This document shows positions 1 through 13,003 of a stretch of DNA of 32,880 nt, one piece after another. The stretch's first letter is position 1, and the number at the start of each line of letters is the position of its first letter. Source of the DNA: Octopus sinensis (lineage: Eukaryota); NCBI RefSeq assembly GCF_006345805.1, contig NW_021829611.1, forward strand, positions 1 to 32,880, in the 5' to 3' direction. Made by a program: the position numbers and the translations under genes. The notes under the pieces were generated by a model, which saw only the letters and a list, made by a program, of their open reading frames with translations, did no database searches and had not been told where the DNA came from.

Positions 1-1084
1 TGATACGGTTGCTCTCCCACTCATCGCATAAAAAACCTCACACACCATCCTTTGTCTGATGAGTAAGGCCATAAAATATAAATAAAAAAGATAAAAGTAA
101 CAAGGCGAAGCAACTAGAAATATCTTGTATCCACTGATTAGCTTCGTCTCTTCTGAGAAATGATTGAAACGATTTGTTGTTCTTCTAATTGTTGCTATTT
201 ATCTCCCAGCCATCCCTAGTTGAGTAGGCCTATGATCAGAAAGACTAGTCACCAGAGACACTAGTTATGGCTGCGTTATCCAATTCGTTTTTGTTATTTA
301 ACTCCAATAACTCCTAGTCGATCTATGGAAAATGGCATTCCAGAAGTGCCTTACCTCGATATTTTTTCGCACATAGAGTACATTAGGAACCGTATTATAT
401 CCCCCATACTCTCCCGCTTTCAAATGCCAAGGCTGTAAATCGAGAGATATCTGGTTGTTGTTTTTGGTTATTCCCGCTTTTTCTGTGACCACGTAGAAAT
501 TCCCCCGCTAGATCTTTTGAAACCTGTTGCGCTGCTGTCGATGCTGCCGTTAGTTTTGCTGCTGCTGTTATTGTCTTTGTATAGGCCTCTCTTCCTCCCA
601 GATTGAACAAACATATTATCAGACAATTATATAACATGGCCATCACTTTTTATTCAGAGTTATCTTGAGCTGCCTTAACGAATGCGTTCTTCATTTCCAA
701 AACTTCAATCAAAAGTGTGTAATATGATGGGGACGGATTGTTGCTACTTCTGATAGTTCGAATGGTTGTGTTAGAAGTTTCTCATGTTTAATTAGTTTTA
801 GAACAGACTTATTGCAACCATTTCAACATTTCAGAAAATATGCTTACGAAGTACAAATAGGTTTTATCATAGGCATATGGCCTATGAAATAAGTATGGAA
901 GCAGACGGTTAGTTAATTAAATCACTCGCACTTTAATTTTTTTATGTCGCACGTTCGGATGCCTCTACTTCTGACTCTACTCTCTACCCTCTGCTACTCA
1001 ACTGTGCTCTCCACGTCTAGGCTTCTCTCTCTATATCTACGTATTAGGCTAGACTACTTCGCCGTCTGGGGGCGTCCACACAAC

Positions 1085-1372
1085 AAATTTATTGATCTCA
1101 GAGGGACGAAATGCAAAGCTGATCTCGGTGGGTTTTGAACAAAGAACGTAAAGAGGTGACCAGGCAGAATTGTTGGAGCGTTGGCAAAATAGTTTGCGGT
1201 ATTTCTTTCGGCTCTTTACGTTCTAAGTTCTTATTGCGTTTTTTCTTGACTTTATCTTTCAAGTTTTCGGGGCGATAAAATCGGTTCCAGGAAAGTACTG
1301 GGACCGATGGAATCGACATGTCCCTTACCCCTACCCCACCCCATCATAATTGCTGGCTTTGTGCTAGCCTCG
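1085..1372. mobile_element. Two degenerate copies of SINE family A in opposite orientation (reverse fragment ~1085-1155, forward copy ~1153-1372)
   Basis: Both match the better-preserved copy at 13238-13500 (ggcagaat..ttacgttct..ttcggggcgataaa..; reverse copy reads gaacgtaaagag). Family recognised by internal comparison. Confidence 0.7.
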
Positions 1373-1944
1373 ATTATGCCCATTTTACACTCTGGGACAT
1401 GAAATTAGAATAGGAAGACCAATGCCAGTTTTTCATTATTTCTATCTCTTTCACTCCTTCTCTCTCAGTCCCGCCCCCTGCATCTCCCTCTCCCTCTTCT
1501 GTGTCTATATCACTCTCTCACTCGCGTCCTCTTTCTAAATCTGCCTGTCTCCCTCTCCCTCCACCCCCCACCCAAACTGGAATCTCTTGAAGCTGCCAAT
1601 GCAACAAATATATTACTGATTATAACAGTTAACTTGTCTGTAACTAAAGCTTCTTTAAATTATATATTTAAAGACAGAAGAATTTCACCAAGCTGACAGG
1701 AACTTATCAAACCTGTCCACATCAGAAATTGCTGCACCCAGGTCAAATGGAGTTTGGGTCATCAATAACCAATTCATCACGTAAACGTTATTGCATGACA
1801 TTTCATAATCGATAACTAAAAATAACAAGTTTCATTTCTTCTCCATATAAATGATGCAAATTCTGAAAAGAATTTAAATTTGAAATTATTATTAAATAGC
1901 AGAAAAATAGGCAAACATGTGGTCACGCTATGTAACTGAGAGAT

Positions 1945-2810
<866 letters not shown>

Positions 2811-3124
2811 GGGAGAGAATGATTGAGAGAAAGAGAGAGAGAAAGAGCAGGTAAATGTAGTCAGTCTCTAATTATTTGTATCCTGTATTGATTTCCGTTG
2901 GCAAATTTCTCTTCAACAAGTGTCCCTTGCTCATACAGCTCATACAACAAATAGAAACAGTACACTAGTGTGTGTGAGTGAGTGAGTGAGTGTGTGTGTG
3001 TGTGTGTGTAGTATATTATCCGACACAATCAGTTTGCATGACTTACGTCCAGTTTACATTTCCCATCAGGTATTCCAATATCTTCCTTACAGTCTAAATA
3101 TATGCATAGCAGACACATACATAA

Positions 3125-3283
3125 CCATGGAGTTTAGAATTTGACTTCCCAACCGTGAGTTCTAGATTCAATTTGGTTGTGTGGGGGCAACATGGATATT
3201 GTCTTATACTGTATGTGGCCTTGGGTTGACTAATGCCTGGTGAGTGACATTTGGTAGGTAAAAATGAGTTATGACACCCGTTG
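3125..3283 (+). mobile_element. Degenerate SINE family B fragment
   Basis: Similar to 29066-29190 (gacttcccaacc..ccttgggttgactaatgcctggtgagtgacatttggtag). Confidence 0.55.
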
Positions 3284-3522
<239 letters not shown>

Positions 3523-3812
3523 GGTTAGGGTAGCGGATTCGCGGTCCTAGGATCGCGGTTTCGATTCCCAGACCGGGCGTTGTGAGTGTTTATTGAGCGA
3601 AAAACACCTAAAAGCTCCATGAGGCTCCGGCAGGAGGTGGTGGTGATCCCTGCTGTACTCTTTCGCCGCAACTTTTTCTCACCCTTTCTTCTGTTGGCCT
3701 GCTCGATTAGCCAACGGGGTGGCGTTATTTGAAGGCTAAAACAATGCGAAGCGCATTGTGACCAGCGATGAGTAGCAACATCTGATAGCCTGGTCGGTCA
3801 CGTGATCACGTG
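3523..3812 (+). mobile_element. tRNA-derived SINE (family C)
   Basis: tRNA-like head with B-box-like ggtttcgattcc (~3556). The 3' tail gcgcattgtgaccag is shared with the copy at ~30610. Ends in cacgtgatcacgtgat then (AT)n. Confidence 0.8.
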
Positions 3813-3846
<34 letters not shown>

Positions 3847-4611
3847 ATCGATTTAGCTAAAATATAATATATACGTACATGTATGTGCTTTTCTGTATTA
3901 CTGAGTCAACCGGTGAATTGAGATGTGTCCCTTATACCAAAAGCTAATTTAGTGATTCGATAAAATAAATGCCAGTTAAGTAGTAGGGGATGTGTAATCG
4001 ATTTTACATTCTCCTTAAATATGTGGCATTGTACCAATGTTAGAAATCATGATTAGTCATACCAGAACGATTGAGTGGCAATCTGTTCAGATCTGGCTTT
4101 GCATTTCATCCGTCTAGATTCAATATGTGAGAAACCAGTAATATGCTCTGGTTGACTCAATCGATTATATCCCCTTCCTGTATACTTATGACTTTGTTAA
4201 ATAGATGAATGAGTCTCTATGCTGTCATATCAATAGCTAGAAATAGCAGCCGATTACCATTTTTCATTCACAGCCTACCGTTCTTTTAAAGGACAAACAC
4301 ATTAACATACGTTGTTCTGGAAGTACAAAAAATGGCATAGTCAAGGACAGAGTGTATTTGATTGATTGTATGGTCAAGGCTGATCTCTTGCGATTATACA
4401 ACAGCATCAACAAGAATTCCTGATATTCTGTCCAAAAGTATCGATTTGTACGTATATTGTTCTTACCGCTAATTCGAAAGATAGAGTTACATCTAGGAAA
4501 AGAAGCATCAGAGTATTTAGGTGACTCTCTTACCGGACAAACTCCGAAGGTGACTTTTGTGTATCATACTTTTGGGGGTTGATTAAACATAAGTATCATT
4601 TGTTGCATGGC

Positions 4612-4740
4612 GGCAACATGGCAGAATCGTTAGCGCTCCAGACAACGTGGTTCGTGACATTTCTTTCGGTTTTTCGTTCGGAGATCTTTTCAGAGTCGAT
4701 AAGATAAGTATCAATTAAGCAGTGGGGTAATCACTTTGCT
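4612..4740 (+). mobile_element. Degenerate SINE family A
   Basis: tggcagaatcgttagc head and gagtcgataagataagtatcaattaagcagtgggg body, similar to 13238-13450. Confidence 0.55.
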
Positions 4741-5751
4741 CCTTTATCTAAAATTTCAGTCTATAGTAGAAAGAAAAAATATCTATTACATGTTGCTGGT
4801 ATTATTCTTCAGTAAAATCTATTAAATACAACTAAAGATATTCCATTCGTGGCTATTAGAGTATCTAGGACTACATTATTAAATGCACTCTTTCCATTTT
4901 TACTGAGTAGAATGTGATACCATGGTGATTTGTTTACTTTTGCTATCATAAAAAGGATCTTACGTCGGTTTGTCTTCTTACATGTACGTACGTAGGTAAG
5001 TATGAGTGAATAAATAGCATTAAGGATTTGTGCTTTCGTGGCTCTGCAACATATATATAATAGTATACGATGAATCGAACTTTTACTTCATCCATTTCGG
5101 TGGATATATCATCTTTATCCTAAAGGGTCAGCCATATGTAGCTGTAGACTATCAAGTAAGAATTAACACACCTAATGTGGCAAGCGGAGAACGTTCGTTC
5201 GTATATAAGCATATCGATATCGAGGAGAGAGGTAAACAATGAGCGATGAGGATTAAATCAACCAAAGGATTATGGGTAAAGGAAGTGTACTTCTATGGAT
5301 TTCCGGCCCTGATTACTTACATATGCAAATAAATGTTTATAAGATAGGATTATTTCGAGAAGATGCTGGAAAAGAAAAAGAGAAAAAAGAAGGAAAGCAA
5401 AAAATAAAATAAACAGATAGAAAAGGAAAATAATTACTGAAATAGGCGGTGAATTAAGAATGAAAGAAATATAGAAAGAAAGGAAAAACTGAAGAAAGTG
5501 GAGTAGGATAAGTGTTTAATGAAAGGTCACCTTCATTAGAACCGATTCCATAAATTCAAGAGCAAGAACTGATGGATTTTAAGATGGGTGTGTTCAGTGT
5601 TGGAAAACAAATCTCCTCGTATACAGGGTTAGATGTCTCAGAGTTGGCTTTTAGGTATACGGCAGGGTAAAACATGGTCTTAAGGGTCAATCATATCTCG
5701 GCGGTGCAGAGGCCATATTTTCTGCAAGCATCACATCGGGTCTACACTTAC

Positions 5752-5841
5752 TGGCTGTCTTTCTGCTTATATCATTAACCACCGCTTCTCTTTCGACTGC
5801 AAGACGAAACGTACTAGCTTTGTTGCATTGTACTTTTCCTT
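5752..5841 (-). CDS. Candidate coding exon (90 nt, phase 1-1): (E)GKVQCNKASTFRLAVEREAVVNDISRKTA. Alternatively a terminal exon running to TGA at 5689-5687 (..TASKCRPDVMLAENMASAPPRYD*)
   Basis: Acceptor tttcag, donor gtaagt. Only one frame is open, and its phase matches the upstream candidate exon 6927-7021. No homolog recognised; chance exon-like matches are common in this sequence. Confidence 0.35.
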
Positions 5842-6926
5842 CTGAAATTTATCGAATGGGCTCAAGAATAACTGATTTTCATTGAACACTTCTACTTTTA
5901 GTTTAATATTTGCGCAAATATGGTTTCTTGCAATAATTCTGAACACTCCTGGTATTTGAATTATTTTTGTTTTGTTCATTACCAAGCTAATAACAAATGC
6001 TAATAATTAGCAGAATACCATAGCTAGCAACTTGTAAAAGACCTCAGGTTAAAAGATTTTTCCCGTTAACAGTTTCGTCAAACATCAGTTTCTCAATTGT
6101 AAGCAATGTATGATATATACTGTAACAATTTCTCTTAGATCGACCTATCTCTTCAAATAATGTATCAAAGAATTTGCTTGATTATAATGTTAGTATGGTT
6201 AGTGAACTAATTCCTCACCTACGTCTATGCATGTTTACATCACTAAATTGTTTAAACAATATACAGATCCCCAGAAGCTTAAATTCAGTTACATAATTAA
6301 GATGTAACATTTTAGATTTTATTTGAAACAAATATACGAAATAAAATTAAGTAACAATCTTTCCATGATTTTGTTTTCTTTTTTTTTATTTCTAAAATGA
6401 AAGACTGTAGGACACGATAATTTCATTGATGTAGTTTGCAATTTTAGTCCTATAGTCATTGCACCGGAGTCACACTCATATAAAATAAGAATTTCATGAT
6501 ATTACTTTATATCATCTGATTGATAAGTATCAGGTGATATAAACAGCGAAACGTTAAATATGGGAAATAATCTTTGATCTTGATTTGGCTTTGATCTTGA
6601 TTTGTAGAGATTTTTACATAATATTTTTTTTATATTTTTCTTTTATTCTGACTGACATAACAGACTTCTCTGACATTAGCGGCCTTGTTGAATGAAATAT
6701 CTTTTCTCAAATGAGAAGCCACTCCAAACAATACGTTATATACCGGAAATAATGAGTGCCTATTATGGATTATAATAGCACACTAACGTATGCATAGTGA
6801 TTACTGTGATAACAGTGATCACGTATATATACTTGACCACGATACATTTTAACTATAATTATAATTCTTGATACTTTCGACCTCCCTATTTGCGCCCTCA
6901 TAATATCTAGTATCTTCAATACTCAC

Positions 6927-7021
6927 CTGTTATTCGACACCACGCTGATATTTTCGACACAATTGCAGCAGCAGCGCTTAGGACGTTGGTGACAATTTCA
7001 ACTGTATTGGGATTTATTATT
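6927..7021 (-). CDS. Candidate coding exon (95 nt, phase 2-1): IINPNTVEIVTNVLSAAAAIVSKISAWCRIT
   Basis: Acceptor cctctgcag and full-consensus donor CAG|gtgagt. Single open frame, locally more GC-rich than the flanks. No homolog recognised. Confidence 0.4.
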
Positions 7022-7425
7022 CTGCAGAGGTTTTGATTCAATAATAACAGTTTCGTTCACACACGTGGGCACGCACACACACACACACACACACATGTAT
7101 GATATGTTAATGTTAACGATAATGAGCATGTATATATATATCTATATATGATTTGATGAACCTCTGGCAAATGAGTGAAGCGTTGCAAGAGAGAGGCTGA
7201 TGTGATCCATTCAGGGTAATTGACAATCAAAACAAGAGAAAATGTTTATCATTGATCTCCGTATAACCCCTCTCTGTTATTATGTATGTCAGTGACGAAG
7301 AATAAACTGCCGGTTATTTTAGTCGCAGATGAGGAAAACATTATTTTACACATCTTCATATATTATGCTTGTTGCTGCCGGAGTTTAAATCGAGGTGTCC
7401 CCTCATAAAGAACATTTATTATTAA

Positions 7426-8080
7426 AGCTTTTCCCATACATGGTCAGCTATACCCGATTTATCACTATATCCTCGTGTCACAGATTTGCGCTGTTCGTCT
7501 ACCCTTATTTTGAGGGGGCGGCATGTTTCGTCTTTGTATAACCTACCACAGCTGCATGGGATGGAGTACTCACAGTTGTTTGGTCATATTCTCTTCTATT
7601 GGTGGTTTTACTCGAAGGAGATATTTGCGAAGTGCTGTACTACTCTTGAATACTGTCTTGATGTCATATGGGCCGCATATCTTTTTTTATCTTTTCGGAG
7701 AGGCCTTTCACATAGGGTAGACAGACTGGGGACAGTTTATTGGTTTCATCCTCTCTTTTCTTCATAATTGGAGTGGATATTATGTTTTTGGTTGTTTTTT
7801 TTTTTACTTAATAGATTGTTATTGAGCTTGATTATTTCTTAGTGGTGTGTATCACAATCGCTACTTATATTCTTTGCTCGATGTTTTAGGCACTGAACAA
7901 TCCCTCTCTTTACACTGTATGGGTGGTGAGAATTGAAGTTGAGGCATCATCCAGTGAAGGTCGGCTTGCCGTATACGGATGTCACGAATCTTTACTTGGT
8001 GCGTGTTATTAATACGTCCAGGAATGCTAGTTGATTGTCTTTTCCTTTTTCCATTGTGAACTGTATGGGTGGATTTATTG
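7426..8080 (-). mobile_element. Decayed Penelope-like retroelement fragment: RT C-terminus, linker and GIY-YIG endonuclease
   Basis: Hand translation gives INPPIQFTMEKGKDNQLAFLDVLITRTK*RFVTSVYGKPTFTG*CLNFNSHHPYSVKRGIVQCLKHRA ... CLPYVKGLSEKIK ... CGPYDIKTVFKSSTALRKYLLRVKPP ... NCEYSIPCSCGRLYKDETCRPLKIRVDEQRK..SGIADHVWEK. These are typical PLE motifs, with several stops and frameshifts. Confidence 0.9.
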
Positions 8081-8699
8081 GAGTGTAGATAATTACTAAA
8101 TAATGCTAATTATTTTATCATCGAATTACCTCCTTCCATGTATCATTACTTAAAAAGCCATGCCAGAGTGAGCGTTGAAGAAATAGTTAAAAGATTACAT
8201 CCATTTAACGCTTCGAAGTTTGTTATATAAGATATTTATTCGATTTTACCTGTTTTGTTAAGATTATTAGAAAACAAACCAACAGGGAATATTGCACCTT
8301 TTTATGTATCTTAAATAGCTATCCTGGCTCAATTATAATTTTTATTAGAGATAAAATGTTGTATTCAGCTGCCAACTCATCAGCTCGGTGACGGTGCAAG
8401 TTATTTCGAGAATAAAAAAATAGTTTCTTGTTTTTGAAATACTTTTCTTTCACTTTTCTATCAAGTATGAAGCTCATCAGACAGAACATTCAAATAAGTG
8501 GCTTAGGTTTACTTTTGTCTTTTATTACGTGATTCTATCAGGAAGATAGAAAATAGTTATCAAAATAAGATAGGGATTATAAAGGTCTTCACCGTACCAA
8601 AATATAAGAATGTTTATTAGGATTATATTTTCGAATATTAATGGAAATCTTAACGCATCAACCTGTTACTACATCTCCTTGATAGAGATGTTTAACTTA

Positions 8700-8830
8700 G
8701 CAATTGGCGGAATCGTTAGAACAGCGCACAAATGCCTGAGGACTTTTAATCGTGTCCACTTAAATTATGAATTCAAATACGGCGAAGTTAACTTTGACAT
8801 TTATCTGTCAGAGGTCGAAAACATCAATAC
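8700..8830 (+). mobile_element. Degenerate SINE family A (explains most of ORF 8610-8855)
   Basis: tggcggaatcgttagaacagcg..aattcaaatacggcgaagttaactttgacattt matches family A. Confidence 0.6.
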
Positions 8831-8978
8831 TAATCTCGTACTAGAGATCACCTAATTCCACAATAAAACTGGTCACCATGTTTGTAAGCTAGAAATCATT
8901 ATCTCGATCGCTTCAGCAGAAATCAAATGCTCGAATTTGTTCATTCCTTGTGTCAGATTCTTTGACTTTTAATTCTCC

Positions 8979-9378
8979 CTAAAGCACAGCAGTTCTCAAA
9001 ATATTAGTACATTAATAGATATATTATATTTTTGGCTTTTCTGACTACAAAACTATCCCTTCACTTTGATCGCATACACCAAAAATAAAGGTCAACTAGA
9101 ATTTATTTCTTCTCATTTGTTTCTTCTCCTAAGAATATGAATAATAACTGGCGTATGTATTGTTAAACATCTCAACCCTCCCAGACATGGCCAACTTTTT
9201 TGTACCAAATATATTAATATAATATTTATATTTACCATCATTTATACTTGTATTTGTATACATGGTTATATAAATTCTTTGAAACCACATATAAAGACAG
9301 GCTAAAGCACAGCGGTTCTCAAAATATTAGTACATTAATAAATATATTATATTTTTGGCTTTTCTGACTACCAAACTA
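8979..9378. repeat. 77-bp direct repeat pair (8979-9055 and 9302-9378) separated by 246 bp
   Basis: ctaaagcacagc(a/g)gttctcaaaatattagtacattaata(g/a)atatattatatttttggcttttctgactac(a/c)aaacta; 3 mismatches. Confidence 0.95.
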
Positions 9379-9489
9379 ATCGTATTCAGCGTCAACAAAC
9401 ATGCTGCATTAGTCTTTCATAAGAAAGTGTATATGAATACATATAAGTAGTTATTATTATTTCACAGTTAAGGACGGTGAACAGACAGA

Positions 9490-9690
9490 ATTATTAGAGT
9501 GTCAAACAAAATGCCTAGCAGTATTCTTCTGATTCATTATGCTCTGAGTTCAAGTTCCACTGAGGTCAACTTTTCTTTTCATCCCATTGGGGCCGTCAAA
9601 ATAAAATACGAGTGAAGTACTGTGTCGAAGGTACTGACTAATAGTCCCACCTTAAAACTGCTGGCCTTGTGCCAAAATATGAAACTATTA
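9490..9690 (+). mobile_element. SINE family A copy
   Basis: aaatgcctagcagtatt..ctgagttcaagttccactgaggtcaacttttcttttcatccc..ttgtgccaaaatatgaaac matches family A. Confidence 0.7.
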
Positions 9691-9747
9691 TTTCGCAGTA
9701 GAGCAGGCCTATTTATGCATTCTCGTCATTTATTCAGTTACTCAATT

Positions 9748-9754
9748 TGTGTGT

Positions 9755-9799
<45 letters not shown>

Positions 9800-10125
9800 G
9801 GATAACGTTTGCTTTTCCACTTGCAATACGATAAGGTTTCAAATGAGAATAACTTTGCTGAGGCGACTGCATAGAGGTTGCTTCATTGCTTTATAAATAT
9901 ATAAATAGATCCATCAATGTTAACTATCTCCTCTGATATTATTTCAATTTTACCAACGTTGACTCTGTCTTCTATCTATTAAGGATGAATGAAACACTTA
10001 AAAGGGAGAAATTAACCGTTGGCTGATGGAGCGGTTGGTTGATGATATCAGTTGGAAAAGTTAGAAGTGTGCATCAAACCTAGGGTTCTGTGAAAACTGA
10101 AGTACCATCCTCTCATATCTGTATG

Positions 10126-10157
<32 letters not shown>

Positions 10158-10460
10158 AGCTCTCACGCACGCACATGCACACATACACAAACACACACAC
10201 ACACAGACGTGTCTTATACGCACATATAAAACATATGTAGATATGTGCTTACATCTACACATATACACACACACAAAATTAATATTCATACAAATACACA
10301 CACACACATATATATGCTTATACGTACACACGTACTCACGCACAAATATGTCTGTGAGTAAGTGTGTGCGTGCGTGCATATGTGTGGGTTGTGTGTGAGT
10401 GTATGCATGTATGTGTGTGTGTGTGCATGTATGTGTGTGTGTGTACATGTGTGTGTGTGT
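9748..10460. repeat. (GT)n at 9748-9796 and (CA)n/(GT)n mosaic at 10128-10460
   Basis: Direct reading. Confidence 0.9.
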
Positions 10461-11743
10461 AAAATATTTTAAAGGCAAATCAAATATCAACTTCAAACGA
10501 GTTGAAACACGCTCTGATTCTACCGAATTGTTGTGCTAATAGCGGCCATTTTCCTTTTGCAGTTGAGAACTTCGATACACATGAACAGCGTTGAATCACT
10601 CACTTGTTGCCAGAATAATCTTAGGGTTCCACACTATTAACCTCATATTTTGCGATTCTACTTTCACAATGTTTAGAGCTTTGTATATTTAATACAACAT
10701 CGTCTTCAAATGAAATATTTCTCTTCTGTGTTGTTTAGTCTCCAAGTCGGCTCAGACGGTATGGACCTAAGATCAAAGCTATTCTATCCATGATCATCCC
10801 GTGTTACTTTTCTAGGTATGATATGTAACTGGTACTAAGTTGTTGCTATTTTTATAGTTTAGTTTCTGACAACTCTGATCAAGTAATTTATTGATGAAAG
10901 ACATTGCAACATAGGCAACTACATAATTTTACCCTGCAAAATAGTGCATTTAGAGTTACATTGTCCCATGTGTCCTTCCTTTGTTAAGACTCTAGGATAT
11001 GATTTGAGAAAATGTAGTTGCTCTTTTTACCAGGCCCAACGACGACGTAGATGTTTCCCCATAAAGACGATGCTTTGATCAAATAAATACATCACAGGTC
11101 AGTCTCATGATTTAAATGTTAACGTACACATAGAAGTGAAAAATCTAAACTTTGAATCAGCAAGAGAGCTCCCACATAGTTGTTCGACGTACTAAAAATA
11201 ATAGCCAAATTATCTTAAAGTAACATGTTGTCATTTTGAAAATGGAAAAACACATTGTATAACTATAACCCTAGGTTTACTTTAACTGTAAAAGGAAAAA
11301 ATAAAAATAACATGGTCATAGCTGAACTATATTTAAACCATGTGGTTTGCTTCATAAAACTTGGAGCTAAACGAGAGCAACATTTTATTTAGTTTGTAAG
11401 GATTACGTATTCTTTTTTAAATGGTGCTCAAAAAGATTACGTGAAAATAAAAAAAAAGCCCTGTTGTAGAAGACTAAAACGGATAAATAAATATCCTGCA
11501 TTGTGAGTTTTAGCTTCGAATTATATTCATATTATTGTGCAAGTGGCACATAGAAATCGAATTAAGTATGATAATCGATTTAAATGAAATATTGTGGCTG
11601 CTTGTATTTGATTTCTGTATCTTTACAAATAACTAATAAGAGGATGGTTAGACTTAAACTCATGCGTTGTATTATTGTATAAGAATAGGATACAGGTACA
11701 TTGACTTCGATATCTTTATATGTATAATATATATATATATATT

Positions 11744-11796
<53 letters not shown>

Positions 11797-11799
<3 letters not shown>

Positions 11800-11915
11800 G
11801 GAGGTACTATGTGGTAAGAAGCTTGCTTCCCAGCCACATCGTTCCGGGTTCAGTCCCACTGCATGATACCTTGGACAAATGTCTCCAACTATAGCCTCGA
11901 GCCGACCAAATCAAA
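11797..11915 (+). mobile_element. 5' part of tRNA-derived SINE family B, directly after an (AT)n tract (11725-11796)
   Basis: gtggtaagaagcttgcttcccagccacatcgttccgggttcagtcccactgc, same head as 28903 and 29066. Confidence 0.85.
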
Positions 11916-12204
11916 GACGAAGCTTTCCGCTATGTGGAATTTCTTTATGACTACTGTTCGTAACAGAACAATTAGACAAAATGAGTCAAAATGTCAAACA
12001 ACATTTCCATATATTCACTTATTTTCTAATTTGGAACGCTCTTAGGCCCTTGTTTTCTTCTCATTCCTTTAAGTTCGATGCAGTAAATACTACACAAATA
12101 CAGGGGTCATTTCTAACGGATTTCTTTCCTATCCCATAAATTTGTAAGCCTTCTCCCAATAACGAGAATCAATAGTTATTATAGACACTCTACATTGGAA
12201 ATGT

Positions 12205-12680
12205 GAAGACCGATGACCTAATGGTTATAGCATTCAGATCATGAACATTCAAGTCATAAGAACATGGGTTTAACTCTTGTGCCAGGTACTCGTAGCTTTG
12301 AGCAGAACACATCATTTCATGTTGCACTAGTGTACTCAGCTAGAGATGAGTGCCAGCCGTATACTAACAGCAGATCCCTTTCTCGCTCTCTCCCAGATGA
12401 TGAACGAAACACTCATGTTTCCACAAGTGAATTAGTCAAACCCCAAAGAATTCCTCTCAGCACATGGCTATGATACTCCTTCACTACCACCGTTCGTAAT
12501 CGTGGTCAGTTACTAAACGACATGCTCAACTGGTTAAGGTCAAGCAAATCTGTGGTATTGTGCAGAATATTTGCTGTATCCCATCTTTTACACCAATGCC
12601 AAACATGTACACGATAGCACTTCCAATCAGTTAAGACCGGAAGCCATGAAAGTCACAGCTTGGAACCGCATCAGCGCAAG
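12205..12680 (+). mobile_element. Degenerate tRNA-headed SINE with a conserved 3' tail
   Basis: tRNA-like start gacctaatggttatagcattc, and a tgtactcagct motif similar to tccactcagct at ~30491. Tail recognised as a recurrent Octopus-type repeat from memory only. Confidence 0.5.
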
Positions 12681-12898
12681 GAGGTGAGCTGGCAAAATCG
12701 TTATCACGCGTGATAAGATGCTTAGCAGTATTTCCTCCGTCTTTATGCTCTGAGATCACACGCTGTCCGGGTAGACTTTACCTTTTATCCTTTCATGGTC
12801 GATAAGATAATACCAGTTGAACGCTGGGCTCGATGTAATCGACTTACCTACTCTATCCTGAAATTGCTGGTCCTCTACCAAAATTTGAAACCAAGACA
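12680..12898 (+). mobile_element. SINE family A copy
   Basis: gagctggcaaaatcgttatcacg..ctttaccttttatcctttcatggtcgataagataataccagtt..gatgtaatcgactta. Confidence 0.75.
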
Positions 12899-12915
12899 AT
12901 AATAATAATAATAAA

Positions 12916-12963
<48 letters not shown>

Positions 12964-13003
12964 CAACAACAACGACGACGACGACGATGATGATGATGAT
13001 GAT
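12899..13003. repeat. Stepwise trinucleotide array (AAT)n-(AAC)n-(GAC)n-(GAT)n
   Basis: Direct reading. Confidence 0.95.

Noticed and set aside
180-520. Possible LINE apurinic endonuclease relic on minus (GNF..NAIF..NELD..SLSDHRP)
   Set aside because: The motifs are only loosely similar, need frameshifts, and their spacing does not fit RTE/CR1 endonucleases. A profile HMM search would be needed.
3523-3575. tRNA-like heads (also 11810, 12205, 28910, 29070)
   Set aside because: No complete cloverleaf or acceptor stem; they continue into SINE bodies, so they are not tRNA genes.
6911-7030. Plus-strand reading YLQYSPVIRHHADIFDTIAAAALRTLVTISTVLGFIILQR
   Set aside because: Antisense in-register frame of the minus-strand candidate exon with a much weaker donor (gttttg); not excluded but less likely.
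8355-8390. CUGAUGA followed by a short hairpin on minus
   Set aside because: Followed by UGAAUAC rather than GAAA, and no stem I or III.
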